Source: Tubiluchus corallicola | Lineage: Eukaryota; Animalia; Priapulida | Assembly: GCA_030141605.1 (NCBI GenBank) | Contig: JAQGDQ010000005.1 | Span: forward strand, 930,180 to 994,179 | DNA: 64,000 nt | Direction of reading: 5' to 3' | Part shown: in pieces, positions 62,632-64,000 of the stretch | Numbering within the stretch: the stretch's first letter is position 1 | Layout: the number at the start of each line of letters is the position of its first letter | Notes under the pieces: generated by a model | What the model saw: only the letters and a program-made list of their open reading frames with translations | What the model was told of the DNA's origin: nothing | The model's database searches: none | Made by a program: the position numbers and the translations under genes

Positions 62632-64000
62632 GTATTAATGCTCAATTATCTTTGACGAACATCACTGTGTATAATATGTAACTCTGCTTATATTCTCACC
62701 ATATATACTTTGACTGCTGAAGTATTATACATTTAATTTTGAATTACTTGCTTTTTCTAATTGGTTATTGTTCAGTGGAAATAACTTTATGTGTATGCTA
62801 TTCTGTTTGACTTTGTGCCAATTAAATTTGCTTCCTACTAACATGCTGCTAAGGAATAAAAAGCGTCGTTTCCGAAATTTGGAAAAGCATTTAAAGAAGA
62901 TCGCTCGCAAAAGTCGACGTAAGGCTAAGAGGTACCAGTTGCCTTGCCAAAAGTTTTTTCTTTGACATGTTATGTATATTCTTAGAGTTATAAATGTTTA
63001 TGTTTTAACTTCTTCCCGACTAGTACATACATCTACCTGTCATCTATGACGGGTATAAGCAATGCTTTATTGACTAATCTTTCTAACCTCCAAATTTAAT
63101 GAAATTTGGAAAAGCAACAACCAACATATAAGTAAATCATATAAGAAATGTTCTGTTGTTTTACTTCATTTTCAGTTTTTAAAAATTTGTTTGCAAACTA
63201 TTGGATAAAATTTTGCTTTACACTTGTACGGGACACTCGGCATAACAACGAAAAATGATCTACCCTGTTGTGCTGAACGGTAATGCACGGCTGTCAATTC
63301 AGCAGTGCAGAGGCCCATTGTTATAGTTAGCTGCAGGTTCACCTATAGCAAGCATTGCATTCCTGTACAAATTTTCAGAATATTTTGACGTGTTTGAACA
63401 GTTGCTAACAATTTGCAAACTTAGAGTGTGGAAAAAAGAATGCGCTACAGTTGTTATGTTGAACAGTTTTAGATGCAAGCTATCACTTGGAAACTAGTAT
63501 TCTTTGAAATGAAAAGTGCATAAAAATTTTACGGATTTTTTATATCATCCTGTTAGATCTAAGCATTGCATTTACAAGGCTAGAAAGAAAATTTAATTCT
63601 CTTTCAGAAAATGTATAGTTTTGCACTAGCATCTCATACTATTAGGCTGTTGTGGACATTTCTGAACAGGGATGTCAAAACTACACAAGTATTTATAGTT
63701 GTGAATGAGTTAAGGGTGAAGTTATAAATTATAATTGTCATTTGAGAACACAGATTAACTTTGCTCTTTATTTTGCATGGAATTTGATAGTGCTCTAGTT
63801 GCATCACATTTTCGCTTATTTTTCAGTCTTAGCTCTTGTATGTTGTAGGTGATTCGTAGATCTATGTTGTGATGGCTAAGACAAGCTTTACATTCTATAC
63901 GCATGGATTTTTTGTCATAATTATTTATCACTATTGCCTGCTGCTTGAAAGCAGGAATTTTACTAAAGTATAAAAGCTATTCATACCTAATTTGCAGTTC

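Noticed and set aside
62768-62965. Basic 65-aa ORF as the next laminin exon
   Set aside because: No laminin coiled-coil character or convincing phase-2 acceptor; treated as intron.

Overview
AT-rich genomic DNA from an invertebrate metazoan (spliceosomal introns, TTAGGG-type repeats, laminin gene); nothing prokaryotic or CRISPR-like. It holds two multi-exon + strand genes, assembled here by hand from splice sites and reading phase. (1) A complete PNUTS/PPP1R10 orthologue of about 826 aa (TFIIS-N/TND domain, PP1-binding RVxF-type motif KKCVSW, C-terminal CCCH zinc finger), with coding exons at 17691/25830-37979, one GC-AG intron and a uORF-rich 5' end. (2) The first 18 exons (about 1217 codons) of a laminin gamma-1 chain (46631-62631), which runs off the window and keeps the nidogen-binding NIDPNAV motif. 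The rest is intron or intergenic DNA with TA-flanked pogo/Tigger-type MITEs (one still carrying the transposase C-terminus), RTE and CR1 LINE fragments, a ~31-bp minisatellite and simple repeats. The most interesting points are the adjacency of two genes whose vertebrate orthologues lie in MHC-paralogon regions, a possible splice-controlled uORF switch at the PNUTS start, and a phased array of p53-type half-sites between the genes. No clearly novel biological system could be established; most short ORFs in the supplied track are spurious.
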